This document shows positions 1-8,734 of a DNA stretch of 64,000 bases, one piece after another. The DNA comes from an uncultured Candidatus Saccharibacteria bacterium (GTDB taxonomy: Bacteria; Patescibacteriota; Minisyncoccia; Phycocordibacterales; UBA1006): positions 5,012 to 69,011 of the forward strand of contig CAZDPR010000001.1 of assembly GCA_964507625.1 (NCBI GenBank). The letters run 5' to 3'. The position numbers were made by a program, and so were the translations under genes. Under the pieces are notes generated by a model. It was given only the letters and a program-made list of their open reading frames with translations. It was not told the origin of the DNA and made no database searches. How positions within the stretch are numbered: position 1 is the stretch's first letter; each line of letters begins with the position of its first letter.

Positions 1-2
1 TA

Positions 3-170
3 TTTACTAAATTTAAACGAGGTGCGGCTGGAAAATCATCAGCAAGTGGTTCTGGTTTAGGACTTTATTTAAGTAAAAAAATTATTGAACTTCATAAAGG
101 TAATATTATAGTTTCTTCGGATGGAGAAAATAAAGGAAGCACCTTTACAGTAATTATTCCCAAAGAATAG
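3..170 (+). CDS. C-terminal fragment of a sensor histidine kinase (HATPase_c), truncated by the window edge
   Basis: Manual translation FTKFKRG...SGSGLGLYLSKKIIELHKGNIIVSSDGENKGSTFTVIIPKE* shows the F-box, G2 (GSGLGL) and G3 (GSTF) motifs. Confidence 0.9.
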   Translation, partial: FTKFKRGAAGKSSASGSGLGLYLSKKIIELHKGNIIVSSDGENKGSTFTVIIPKE

Positions 171-209
171 TTCCTTGTAATATTATAGAAAAAAATTATA
201 CTGTATTAT

Positions 210-686
210 ATGTTTCCTCCTGAACTTATTGAATTTTCTTGGACCGCACAAGAATATGAACATCGCAAAAAAAGCACCGATTGGTATTGGGCATTAGGTA
301 TTATTATTATTGCAGGATCAGTAATTGCTTTTATAAAAGGAAACTTCCTTTTTGGTTTTTTTATTCTGTTAGGGGGATTTCTCATTGGAATCCTTGCAAC
401 AAAAAAACCCGATGCTATTGCTGTAGAAATTACTGATGAAGCATTTTCAATAAATAAACTACTGGTAAAATTTACTGATGTTGAAGCATTTTGGATGTAT
501 CGCAACCCTTTTGGTACAAGGAAATTAATATTAAAAACCAAAAAAAACTTTAATACTATTATTTCAATACCTATTAATGAAGACATTGCGACCGCTGAAC
601 TCCGTTCATTTTTGTCAGAAAAAATTCCTGAAAAAGAACTCCAGGAAACTTTTACGGATATTCTCCTTGAAAGAATTGGATTTTAA
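210..686 (+). CDS. Conserved CPR-type membrane protein (two N-terminal TM helices, PH-like domain)
   Basis: 158 aa ORF; WTAQEYEHRKKSTDWYW motif followed by two hydrophobic helices. Confidence 0.7.
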   Translation: MFPPELIEFSWTAQEYEHRKKSTDWYWALGIIIIAGSVIAFIKGNFLFGFFILLGGFLIGILATKKPDAIAVEITDEAFSINKLLVKFTDVEAFWMYRNPFGTRKLILKTKKNFNTIISIPINEDIATAELRSFLSEKIPEKELQETFTDILLERIGF

Positions 687-755
687 AAACACCATAGTTA
701 TGGTGTTTTTAAATTATCTTGAATATTCTCAATATTGTGGTAGTATGACTGCATT

Positions 756-827
756 GCTTTCGTAGTTCAATGGATAGAACATCAGTTTGCGGTACTGACG
801 ATCCAGGTTCGATTCCTGGCGAGAGCA
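756..827 (+). tRNA. tRNA-Arg(GCG)
   Basis: Acceptor stem GCTTTCG/CGAGAGC, anticodon arm TCAGT-TTGCGGT-ACTGA, T-loop GGTTCGATTCC; CCA not encoded. Confidence 0.93.
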
Positions 828-1041
828 CACTGAACGAACTAAACGGCTTTTTCAAAGCCAAATGGTGGGCGCGCCGAAGGCACGCCCACTGGTTTTCCCC
901 CGCAGAATTCGCATTTTGGAGCGCGCAAGCGCGCACTGATTTTTCGCCAAGGAGGAGGTTCGAACCAAAAATTTCTTTTGCTACGACCTTTTTCGCAAAA
1001 AGGTCGGCATCAAAGAGGAATCCGCGCGGGCGAGACCGCAT
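828..1041 (-). pseudogene. Probable C-terminal remnant of a large serine recombinase from a decayed tRNA-integrated element
   Basis: GC-richer patch directly 3' of the tRNA; minus-strand frame DLFAKKVVAKEIFGSNLLLGEK...QWACLR runs into the tRNA and resembles, from memory, tails of CPR site-specific recombinases. Confidence 0.5.
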
Positions 1042-1181
1042 TTCAGAAAAACATTAGCCGAATTTTTGTGAATCCTTTTCCCCAGAAAAATTGTTTCGCA
1101 AAAATTCGTCCGCTTTATTTATTTTGGAAATAGGTTCTGATTTGGTAGAATAAACCCACAAAAAAACACCAAAAGATGGTT

Positions 1182-1793
1182 TTATTTGTTTAAAAATTCT
1201 AAATTAATATATTTCATAAAATATTTTTTTAACACTTTAAAAAACATAATACCGAGAACGATAATAACAATTCCAATCGTAATGTTTTGAAAAATTCCAA
1301 TCCCTGCAACAATGCGTTCTATTCTATTTCTCAAGAAAAAACCAAGAAAAATAAAAAAAGTAACATATACTGATAACGAAACGGTTTCATGACGAGCAAA
1401 CGTTTTAAAAGGAAGTTTATAATGTCCTGATAAAAACGGTGCAAGAAATCGAAAGTAAGGCAAAAACCGTGCAACGACAATAACCCGTTCAAGTTTTTCT
1501 GGGTCAGAAAGTCCTTGTAAAAAATCAAAACGTTTTGCAAATAATCGATTATAAAAATGTTGGGTAATACGAGATCCGTGATATGCCAACAAATAAAGTA
1601 CCGTATCACTCAAAAATAACCCAGCCATGGCAATCGGGGTAATAAGAACCCAGTGAAAAACACCTATCCCTGCAAGATAACCTAATACTAATAAAGTAAT
1701 TTCTTCAGGAAATGGAAGTACAATATTTGCAAGCAACGAAACCCCAAAAACTCCCAAATATGAAAGACCTCCTAGTTGATTAACAAATTCCAT
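1182..1793 (-). CDS. DedA/SNARE-associated family membrane protein
   Basis: LPFPEEITLLVLGYLAG and ARFLPYFRF motifs; several TM helices. Confidence 0.9.
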   Translation of the reverse strand: MEFVNQLGGLSYLGVFGVSLLANIVLPFPEEITLLVLGYLAGIGVFHWVLITPIAMAGLFLSDTVLYLLAYHGSRITQHFYNRLFAKRFDFLQGLSDPEKLERVIVVARFLPYFRFLAPFLSGHYKLPFKTFARHETVSLSVYVTFFIFLGFFLRNRIERIVAGIGIFQNITIGIVIIVLGIMFFKVLKKYFMKYINLEFLNK

Positions 1794-1800
1794 AGCACTC

Positions 1801-2088
1801 TTATTGTACTACATTTCCACCCATTGCCCAAGATTGTAACTGTTTGTAAGAAACTTCACCACATAACACGACCCCTGTCTGAGTATTTACCAACACCGGA
1901 ATTCCAGGACAATCAGTGTGCTCCAGATAATTTTCTAATAATCGATAATTTGATTCATTCCCCCATACTTCTTTTTCTTGTACTACAATACCTAATTCTT
2001 GTTCAAGTCGATCGAGTAATTTTTTCATAAGAGCGCAGTGCGGACAATCAGATCCAAAAAAAAATATTAAATGAGATAATTTTTGCAT
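1801..2088 (-). CDS. Thioredoxin/glutaredoxin-like protein
   Basis: CPHC motif and CPGIP cis-Pro loop; start re-called at MQKLSH (2088). Confidence 0.85.
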   Translation of the reverse strand: MQKLSHLIFFFGSDCPHCALMKKLLDRLEQELGIVVQEKEVWGNESNYRLLENYLEHTDCPGIPVLVNTQTGVVLCGEVSYKQLQSWAMGGNVVQ

Positions 2089-2131
2089 AGATAGTCCAGT
2101 ATACCACAAAATAAAAAGCCTTTTCGGCTTA

Positions 2132-2368
2132 TTATTTTGCCATTGCTTTTGCAAGGCGAGATTTTTTTCGAGAAGCGGTATTTTTTTTAATAACCCCTCG
2201 TTTTGCAGCTTTATCAATTGCTTGAAATGCTTTTGATAAATCTTCTGCTGTTTTAGTTGATTTTACTGATTTTACAGCTACTTTCATTGCACGACGACGT
2301 CGGTCATTAATAACTCGTTTACGAGCAGCAACACGAAGTGCTTTTTTTGCATTTTGTAGATTAGGCAT
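2132..2368 (-). CDS. rpsT: 30S ribosomal protein S20
   Basis: MPNLQNAKKALR...IDKAAKRGVIKKNTASRKKSRL. Confidence 0.97.
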   Translation of the reverse strand: MPNLQNAKKALRVAARKRVINDRRRRAMKVAVKSVKSTKTAEDLSKAFQAIDKAAKRGVIKKNTASRKKSRLAKAMAK

Positions 2369-2501
2369 AGAATTATAAGTAAATTTGAGAGCGTTTTTTT
2401 AATAACCATTTGATATGGTAGACACACCAAATGTTGAAAGGAGCAGGATTTCCTTTCTGAACTGCTTTTACACTATAGCACAAATCAATAGTTTTGCAAA
2501 T

Positions 2502-3077
2502 CTACTTTGCTAGGAATTTAAGTGATTCACGAATAATTTCACTCGTATTAGTAAGTGTGGAAACTTCTGGAACCCGTAAAGCTTCCCTGATCACTTTTTC
2601 GTTATACCCCATTGCAAGGAGCGCGTCGATAACGTCTCGCATATGATCAGATTCTTGAGTATCAGTAGTGATGGCAATTTTTTCTACTTTATCTTTTAAT
2701 TCAATAACAATTCGTTCTGCTGTTTTTTTACCGATACCTGAAACTTGTGTTAAATACCCAAGATTTTCTGTTTTAATTGCATGAATCAATGATCCCATAT
2801 CAGCAACCGATAAAATACCGAGTGCTGACTTTGGACCAATACCCGAAACATTTAATAAGAGCTCAAACACTTCTTGTTCAAGAGACGAATGAAAACCAAA
2901 TAAATCAAGTGTGTCTTCTCGAACTGCAGTAAAAATCCACAGACTCAATACGTCACCGTAATTACTGTTTTGTATAACAGTTGGGCCTACAAAAATCTTA
3001 TATCCTACCCCAGAAACATCGAGAATAATACTTTTTTCCTGTACAGAAATAATCTTTCCTGATAAATAACCAATCAT
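2502..3077 (-). CDS. ruvA: Holliday junction branch migration protein RuvA
   Basis: MIGYLSGKI, LDVSGVGY, VSGIGPKSAL, VSGIGKKTAERIVIELKDK. Confidence 0.96.
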   Translation of the reverse strand: MIGYLSGKIISVQEKSIILDVSGVGYKIFVGPTVIQNSNYGDVLSLWIFTAVREDTLDLFGFHSSLEQEVFELLLNVSGIGPKSALGILSVADMGSLIHAIKTENLGYLTQVSGIGKKTAERIVIELKDKVEKIAITTDTQESDHMRDVIDALLAMGYNEKVIREALRVPEVSTLTNTSEIIRESLKFLAK

Positions 3078-3127
3078 ATATATAAAGTATACCATAGTTC
3101 ATAATATGGTGTTATACTGAAAGCATT

Positions 3128-3304
3128 ATGGCAGATGATAAAAAACCAAAAGAAAAAAATGAAAAGAAAGATGAAAAAACTCCAAGTTTTGTATCACTTT
3201 TTATTGCAGGATTTATTATTGTTTTTGTGTTATGGATTATTTTAGGTGGACCGAATCGTAACCCAGAAGCTCGCAATGAACCTTTTATTTATTTTAGTTT
3301 GTAA
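3128..3304 (+). CDS. Small single-pass membrane protein (58 aa), absent from the ORF track
   Basis: MADDKKPKEKNEKKDEKTPSFVSLFIAGFIIVFVLWIILGGPNRNPEARNEPFIYFSL*; TATACT just upstream and a terminator downstream. Confidence 0.7.
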   Translation: MADDKKPKEKNEKKDEKTPSFVSLFIAGFIIVFVLWIILGGPNRNPEARNEPFIYFSL

Positions 3305-3307
3305 TAA

Positions 3308-3348
3308 TAGCAAAAAACCAAACATATAACATGTTTGGTTTTTTGCTA
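3308..3348. terminator. Bidirectional intrinsic terminator
   Basis: TAGCAAAAAACCAAACAT-ataac-ATGTTTGGTTTTTTGCTA hairpin between a convergent ORF and tRNA. Confidence 0.8.
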
Positions 3349-3354
3349 TGTATG

Positions 3355-3427
3355 TGCGTCCGGTAGGAATCGAACCTACGACCCTCTGCTTAAAAGGCAG
3401 GTGCTCTACCGACTGAGCTACGAACGC
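3355..3427 (-). tRNA. tRNA-Lys(TTT)
   Basis: Reverse complement GCGTTCGTAGCTCAGTCGGTAGAGCA-CCTGC-CTTTTAA-GCAG...GGTTCGATTCC...GGACGCA. Confidence 0.95.
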
Positions 3428-3468
3428 GAATAATGCAATTATACATAAAATAAGTATAATGACAAGAT

Positions 3469-3978
3469 ATGTCAGTAAAAAAACCACAACCTATCCGCGC
3501 TATTCCTGAATGTATATTATTATTACACGATATCCGCAGTATTACTAATGTTGGAGCATTATTCCGCACAGCAGACGCTGTAGGTGTTAATCAAATTATC
3601 CTTTCTGGGATTACCCCTGCACCAATTGATCGATTTGGACGTAAGCGATCTGATTTTACTAAATCATCCCTCGGAGCAGAAGAATCAGTACCTTGGAAAC
3701 AGGTGTCTAATATTATCACAACAATCACAAACCTTAAAAAACAAGGATACACAGTGTACGCACTCGAACAAAATCTACGATCGGTTGATTATAAATCAAT
3801 AAAAATTAACAAAAATGATAAAATAGTGCTCATTCCAGGGAATGAAATCGACGGTGTACCAAAAAATATTCTTAAAAAAATGGATGCTATTATTGAAATT
3901 CCTATGCGTGGAATAAAAGAATCGTTGAATGTATCAGTTGCAACAGGAATTGTTCTCTATCAATTATTAGATCAGTAG
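3469..3978 (+). CDS. TrmH/SpoU (SPOUT) RNA methyltransferase
   Basis: LHDIRSITNVGALFRTADA, GNEIDGV, IPMRGIKESLNVSVA motifs. Confidence 0.93.
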   Translation: MSVKKPQPIRAIPECILLLHDIRSITNVGALFRTADAVGVNQIILSGITPAPIDRFGRKRSDFTKSSLGAEESVPWKQVSNIITTITNLKKQGYTVYALEQNLRSVDYKSIKINKNDKIVLIPGNEIDGVPKNILKKMDAIIEIPMRGIKESLNVSVATGIVLYQLLDQ

Positions 3979-4041
3979 AGTTATCCACAGTTTTATTTTT
4001 TATAACGCTTGCGCGTTATTTTTTGTTTACATATACTATAA

Positions 4042-4296
4042 GTGAGGATTTGAAAATTGAAGTAGAGCTTACACCACGGTTTGTGGAATTTTATAAAGCT
4101 ACTTCTTTCAAATGTTCTTTATATTGTTCCTTATAAACCTGTTCTCTATTTTTCTTTTTTATAGTTAATTCTATAAAACAAAACTCCTCACAATTTAATA
4201 TTTTTAATTTTTCTTTCCATTATCACATAGTTTATGTAGTAATAGAAAGTTAAAATATATCGTGTCCATTCTTTCCAAGATTGGGCACTTTTTTTA
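4042..4296 (+). ncRNA. Candidate structured small RNA of unknown family
   Basis: Promoter TTGCGC-17-TATACT (4009-4037), stacked hairpins, U-tailed terminator 4262-4296, no credible ORF. Confidence 0.4.
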
Positions 4297-4317
4297 TCAT
4301 CTTTTTTATGGTATTGT

Positions 4318-4794
4318 ATGTTTATGAATTATGAAATTGAACGAAAATTTTTAGTAACAAATAGTGACTGGCGAACTAATGTTACCGGAACTAATTATTA
4401 TCAAGGATATATTATATCTGACGAACTAAAATCAGTTCGTATTAGAATTGCAGGAGAAAAAGGATTTATTACTATTAAAGGAAAATCTGACAAAGACAGT
4501 ATTAGTCGTCCAGAATTTGAATATGAAATCCCTAAAAAAGAAGCAGAGTTTTTACTAGAAAATTTCTGTCTTCCTGGAAAAATACGTAAAATTCGCTATG
4601 AGAAAAAAATTGGTGATCATATTTGGGAAATTGATGAATTTTTAGAAGAAAACGAAGGATTGATTGTTGCAGAAATAGAACTTTCTTCTGAAAATGAACA
4701 TTTTGAAAAACCTGAATGGATAGGTGAGGAAGTTTCCTATGATAAAAAATATACCAATGGAGCACTGTCTCGAAATCCCTATAAAAACTGGTAA
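4318..4794 (+). CDS. CYTH-domain triphosphatase / adenylate cyclase-like protein
   Basis: EIERKFLV, RIRI, EFEYEIP, WEIDEF, VAEIEL motifs. Confidence 0.93.
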   Translation: MFMNYEIERKFLVTNSDWRTNVTGTNYYQGYIISDELKSVRIRIAGEKGFITIKGKSDKDSISRPEFEYEIPKKEAEFLLENFCLPGKIRKIRYEKKIGDHIWEIDEFLEENEGLIVAEIELSSENEHFEKPEWIGEEVSYDKKYTNGALSRNPYKNW

Positions 4795-4804
4795 TAAAAA
4801 AGAC

Positions 4805-5422
4805 CTACGCGAGGTCTTTTTTATTAATTGATAGTAATAATTGTTCTAACTGCATTTCAAGGTTTCCATACTTACGGGCATTTGTATATGTTTCTAAAAA
4901 GCGATGTGTTGTTTGTTTTAATTCGTGTGATACTGTTTTCTTTTTTTTAATAATATCTTTTAATTTCCACCACAATATTCCAAAAATTACTTCAGGATCA
5001 TTCCCTTCAGTAAGTAACTGATGATATGTCACCCATAAAACCTTTGTATCACCTGACAGTAGTGTATTCGCAATACTAAAAGGATTTTGTTTAATTTCTT
5101 TTACTGTTTTTTCTTCCCACAAAACATGATTTGGTATTTTTTTAATTATTGCTGCGGGAAAATTTTCTTCTACCCAAAACACTTGCGTGGTTTTTGGTAG
5201 ATGCTCTAATGAATCAATAATAGTATTCCAGAAATCAGCATCAATTCTTGCAAGAATAATAACCCGAGGAATTTGAAATATATTTTCCGAAAGTAATTCT
5301 TGCTGTACGCGATCAATAGTGCTTACAATATCATACAATCGAGTAATATCATGGTGAGGAAAATTTTTTTTAATTTTTTCGTTTATTAATTCATGGGAAA
5401 TGTTTTTACAAAGCGTAATCAT
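4805..5422 (-). CDS. Divergent, shortened DNA polymerase III delta (HolA-like) subunit
   Basis: C-terminal NPFSIANTL...VLWVTYHQLL...DPEVIFGILWWKLK resembles the HolA C-domain; lies downstream of polA. Confidence 0.5.
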   Translation of the reverse strand: MITLCKNISHELINEKIKKNFPHHDITRLYDIVSTIDRVQQELLSENIFQIPRVIILARIDADFWNTIIDSLEHLPKTTQVFWVEENFPAAIIKKIPNHVLWEEKTVKEIKQNPFSIANTLLSGDTKVLWVTYHQLLTEGNDPEVIFGILWWKLKDIIKKKKTVSHELKQTTHRFLETYTNARKYGNLEMQLEQLLLSINKKDLA

Positions 5423-5438
5423 AATAGTATTAATATAA

Positions 5439-7823
5439 TTATATTTTATCAAAATTATCCCCAACCGCCAAAGAAACTTTTAGTGGTATGTCTGAACGTA
5501 GTAATTCTTTTACAACAATGTCTTTATGTCGAACTATTACTTGTTCCATAGTTTCTATGAGTTTTTGAGAAAAGTTATCTACTAATTCATTTGGAACTTC
5601 ATACACCAATTCATCATGAATTTGAAGTACGGGAAAAATTTTTGTATTCCAGTGTTCATTATGGATTACTTGATCAATATCAATCATTGCAAGTTTTATG
5701 ATATCAGCAGCGGTTCCCTGAATCGGAGCATTAATCGCAGTTCGTTCAGCAAGCGCAATCATGAATGGTAGTTTTGAACGAAACATTGGAAAATTTCGAA
5801 TTCTTCCAAAGAGTGTTTTTGTTTGCAATGTTTCTTTTGCAGATTTTTTAATACTATCCAGATAATCTTTAATCGAAGGAAACTCTCGAAAATATGCTTC
5901 ATAAAAAACTTCAGCTTCTTTACGAGAAGTATTCAAGTTTTTTTGGAGTGCAGTAATTCCCATTCCATAAATAATTCCAAAATTAATCACCTTTGCATTT
6001 CTCCGATGATTACTGGTTACTTGTGATTCGTCAATATGAAAAACGCGGGATGCAACAGTTGTATGAATATCTTTATTTTCTCTAAAAACTTGTTCTAAGA
6101 TCGGGTCTCCAGAAAGCATTGCTAGTACACGTAGCTCTATTTGAGAATAATCAGCAGAGACAAGTTTTGTTTTTGGTGAAGCGATAAATGCTTTTCTAAT
6201 TTCTCTTCCTAAATCACTGCGAATAGGGATATTTTGCAAGTTTGGATTTTGCGAAGAAAACCTTCCTGTGGTTGTTCCATGTTGTAAAAATTGTGCATGT
6301 AGTCGATTGTGACTATCAACTAGTGTAGGGAGTACATCAATATAGGTAGAAAGTAATTTTTGTAATTCTCGATAATCAACTATTTTTTGTACAACTTCAT
6401 GTTTATCAACGAGTTCCTCAAGAACTTCCGATCTGGTTGAATAACTACCCGTTTTGTTTTTTTTACCTTTTGGTGGTAGTTGTAAATCGCCGAAAAGAAT
6501 TTCTGATAATTGTTTTGGTGAATTAATATTAAATTCTTTTTGGGTGTATGTAAAAATTTCTTTTTCTTTTTTTTGTAACTGCTGATGATAATCTTTTGAA
6601 AGGTTTTCTAAAAACTTAACATCCAGTAAGATTCCGTGGTCAGACATTTTTTGTACAATAGCCACTAAAGGTTCTTCGATTGTTTGAAATACCTGGAGTA
6701 AATTTTGTTGCTGTAATTTTTGAATAATCACCTGATAGGCACTTTCTAGATTATTGGTTTCTGTTTCTTGAAAAATTTCTTCTTGTGTTGGTTTTACCAT
6801 GTCAGAATTAATCATCCATAAACCAATAGATGTTTTTAGAGGAAGGAGTGGATCACTATTTTTATGATGTGTATCAAATTCTTCTGTTGGTTCAAGGCTA
6901 TTTTTTTTGTTAAACAATTGTTCAAATTTTGGAGTAAGTGTTCTGAATTCGTATTCCCGAGTTAATCGAACAATTTTTTCTGGAGTATATATTTCTGAAA
7001 AAATTTTTTCCGGAAGGACAAAATCAATAGGTGCATCATTTCGAATTGTTGCTAATGTTTTTGAAAATAACGCATCAGCTTCGTGCTGAATAAGTAAATC
7101 AATAATTCTTGGTTTTATTTTTTTATCAACAAGTTTTTGCTTGTTCGTATGTATTGTTTCATATAATTGTTCAATAGTACCAAATTGAGTAATAAGTTCT
7201 GTTGCTGTTTTTTCTCCAATACCCGGAACTCCGACAATATTATCAGATGGATCGCCTCGTAGGCCCTTATAATCAGGAATATATTCTGGACCAAAACCAA
7301 AACGGTCAATAACTGCTTGTTCGTTATATACAACAGTTTCATGTACTCCTTTTTTCATAGTATAAACAACCACTTCTTCAGATCGAACTAATTGAAGTGT
7401 ATCCATATCACCCGAAACAATAACAATAGAAATTTCCTTTTCTGTTTTTAATTGTTCTACAATCGTTCCAAGCATATCATCTGCTTCAAATCCTGCTATT
7501 TGATACATAGGAATTTGGAGTGCTTCAAAAATGTTTCGAGATTCTTCAATTTGAACCTTTAACGTATCTTCTGTTTGTTTTCTCCCCTTTTTGTATCCAT
7601 CATATGATTCGTGACGAAAAGTTGGTTGAGGGAGATCGTAACATGCAATAATATAGTCAGGTTGAATATCTTGTACCATTTTTAAAAACATATTTAATAA
7701 TCCATATAACGCCCCGGTAGGAATTCCGGTAGATGAAGTGAGTGGTGGAACTGCGTGGAATGCACGATGAATAATCGCATGCACATCCAAAAGAACCAAT
7801 CGTTTTGTTCCATGTTTTGTCAT
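5439..7823 (-). CDS. polA: DNA polymerase I
   Basis: 5'-3' exonuclease (EADD, GDPSDNIVGVPGIGEKTA) and polymerase motifs (TTTGRFSSQNPNLQNIP, ADYSQIELR, QIHDELV). Confidence 0.98.
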   Translation of the reverse strand: MTKHGTKRLVLLDVHAIIHRAFHAVPPLTSSTGIPTGALYGLLNMFLKMVQDIQPDYIIACYDLPQPTFRHESYDGYKKGRKQTEDTLKVQIEESRNIFEALQIPMYQIAGFEADDMLGTIVEQLKTEKEISIVIVSGDMDTLQLVRSEEVVVYTMKKGVHETVVYNEQAVIDRFGFGPEYIPDYKGLRGDPSDNIVGVPGIGEKTATELITQFGTIEQLYETIHTNKQKLVDKKIKPRIIDLLIQHEADALFSKTLATIRNDAPIDFVLPEKIFSEIYTPEKIVRLTREYEFRTLTPKFEQLFNKKNSLEPTEEFDTHHKNSDPLLPLKTSIGLWMINSDMVKPTQEEIFQETETNNLESAYQVIIQKLQQQNLLQVFQTIEEPLVAIVQKMSDHGILLDVKFLENLSKDYHQQLQKKEKEIFTYTQKEFNINSPKQLSEILFGDLQLPPKGKKNKTGSYSTRSEVLEELVDKHEVVQKIVDYRELQKLLSTYIDVLPTLVDSHNRLHAQFLQHGTTTGRFSSQNPNLQNIPIRSDLGREIRKAFIASPKTKLVSADYSQIELRVLAMLSGDPILEQVFRENKDIHTTVASRVFHIDESQVTSNHRRNAKVINFGIIYGMGITALQKNLNTSRKEAEVFYEAYFREFPSIKDYLDSIKKSAKETLQTKTLFGRIRNFPMFRSKLPFMIALAERTAINAPIQGTAADIIKLAMIDIDQVIHNEHWNTKIFPVLQIHDELVYEVPNELVDNFSQKLIETMEQVIVRHKDIVVKELLRSDIPLKVSLAVGDNFDKI

Positions 7824-7884
7824 AATTGTATTATATCACAAGGGTTTTATTTTTTCTCCCTAAATATGTGGTATAGTGCATGAT

Positions 7885-8376
7885 ATGAAAATTATCGCTA
7901 TTGACCCTGGTTATGATCGTGTAGGGGTTGCAATTCTTGAAAAAAAACCTAATAAAAGTAAGGAAGTTATTCTTTTTTCAACCTGTATCACCACTGATAA
8001 AAAGAAAGATTTTTATACCCGATTAACAGAAATTCAAGAAAAATTAACTGAATATATTACGGTATATAATCCAGAATTTTTTGTATTTGAAGAGCTTTAT
8101 TTTTCAAATAACACAAAAACAGCTCTCAAAGTAGCAGAGGCACGGGGTGTAATTAGTAGTTGTGCGCTTGCTAAAAAAATACCTATTCATGAAATACATC
8201 CTAATCATGTAAAAATTGCGATTACTGGGCATGGTGGTGCAAAAAAGGAAGATATTTTATGGATGTTACCAAAACTTATCACTTTAGAAACAGAGAACAA
8301 ACTTGATGATGAATTAGACGCAATTGCAATTGGACTTGCTTTTTTTGCGCAATATCGTATTTCACAGATTTCTTAA
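7885..8376 (+). CDS. ruvC: Crossover junction endodeoxyribonuclease RuvC
   Basis: IIAIDPG, EELYF, VAEARGV, KIAITGHGGAKK, DDELDAIA. Confidence 0.95.
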   Translation: MKIIAIDPGYDRVGVAILEKKPNKSKEVILFSTCITTDKKKDFYTRLTEIQEKLTEYITVYNPEFFVFEELYFSNNTKTALKVAEARGVISSCALAKKIPIHEIHPNHVKIAITGHGGAKKEDILWMLPKLITLETENKLDDELDAIAIGLAFFAQYRISQIS

Positions 8377-8489
8377 AAAAGGTATTGCAAAAAACACAAA
8401 AGATTGTTACAACTACTGATAACCCTTCGCGTTGGTCATTGCGATTGGGTGTATTAGTAACCTAATTGTTCATATGCTTATTGATCATT

Positions 8490-8699
8490 ATGAGTAATGA
8501 TGCATATTACGATGACTCTATCGATCCTGAACTCGCTGATGGATTTCACCCAGTCGATGAAGATGATGAAATTTTCGATGAGGAAGATGAGATTATCCCA
8601 AAGAAAAAAATTGAACTTGATGATCTGGAAGAAGATATTGATACAGATCTCATAGACGAGGAAGAACTTGAAGAATTTCTTCACGATGAAGACTACTAA
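8490..8699 (+). CDS. Very acidic small protein (69 aa)
   Basis: MSNDAYYDDSIDPELADGFHPVDEDDEIFDEEDE...; followed by a terminator. Confidence 0.7.
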   Translation: MSNDAYYDDSIDPELADGFHPVDEDDEIFDEEDEIIPKKKIELDDLEEDIDTDLIDEEELEEFLHDEDY

Positions 8700-8724
8700 A
8701 AAAGAACCCTTACGGGTTCTTTTT
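8698..8724. terminator. Bidirectional intrinsic terminator
   Basis: AAAAAAGAACCC-tta-CGGGTTCTTTTT between convergent genes. Confidence 0.8.
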
Positions 8725-8734
8725 AGTAGTCTTA

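Noticed and set aside
770-1057. ORFs overlapping tRNA genes (also 3242-3487 and 50843-51028)
   Set aside because: They are translations of tRNA sequence
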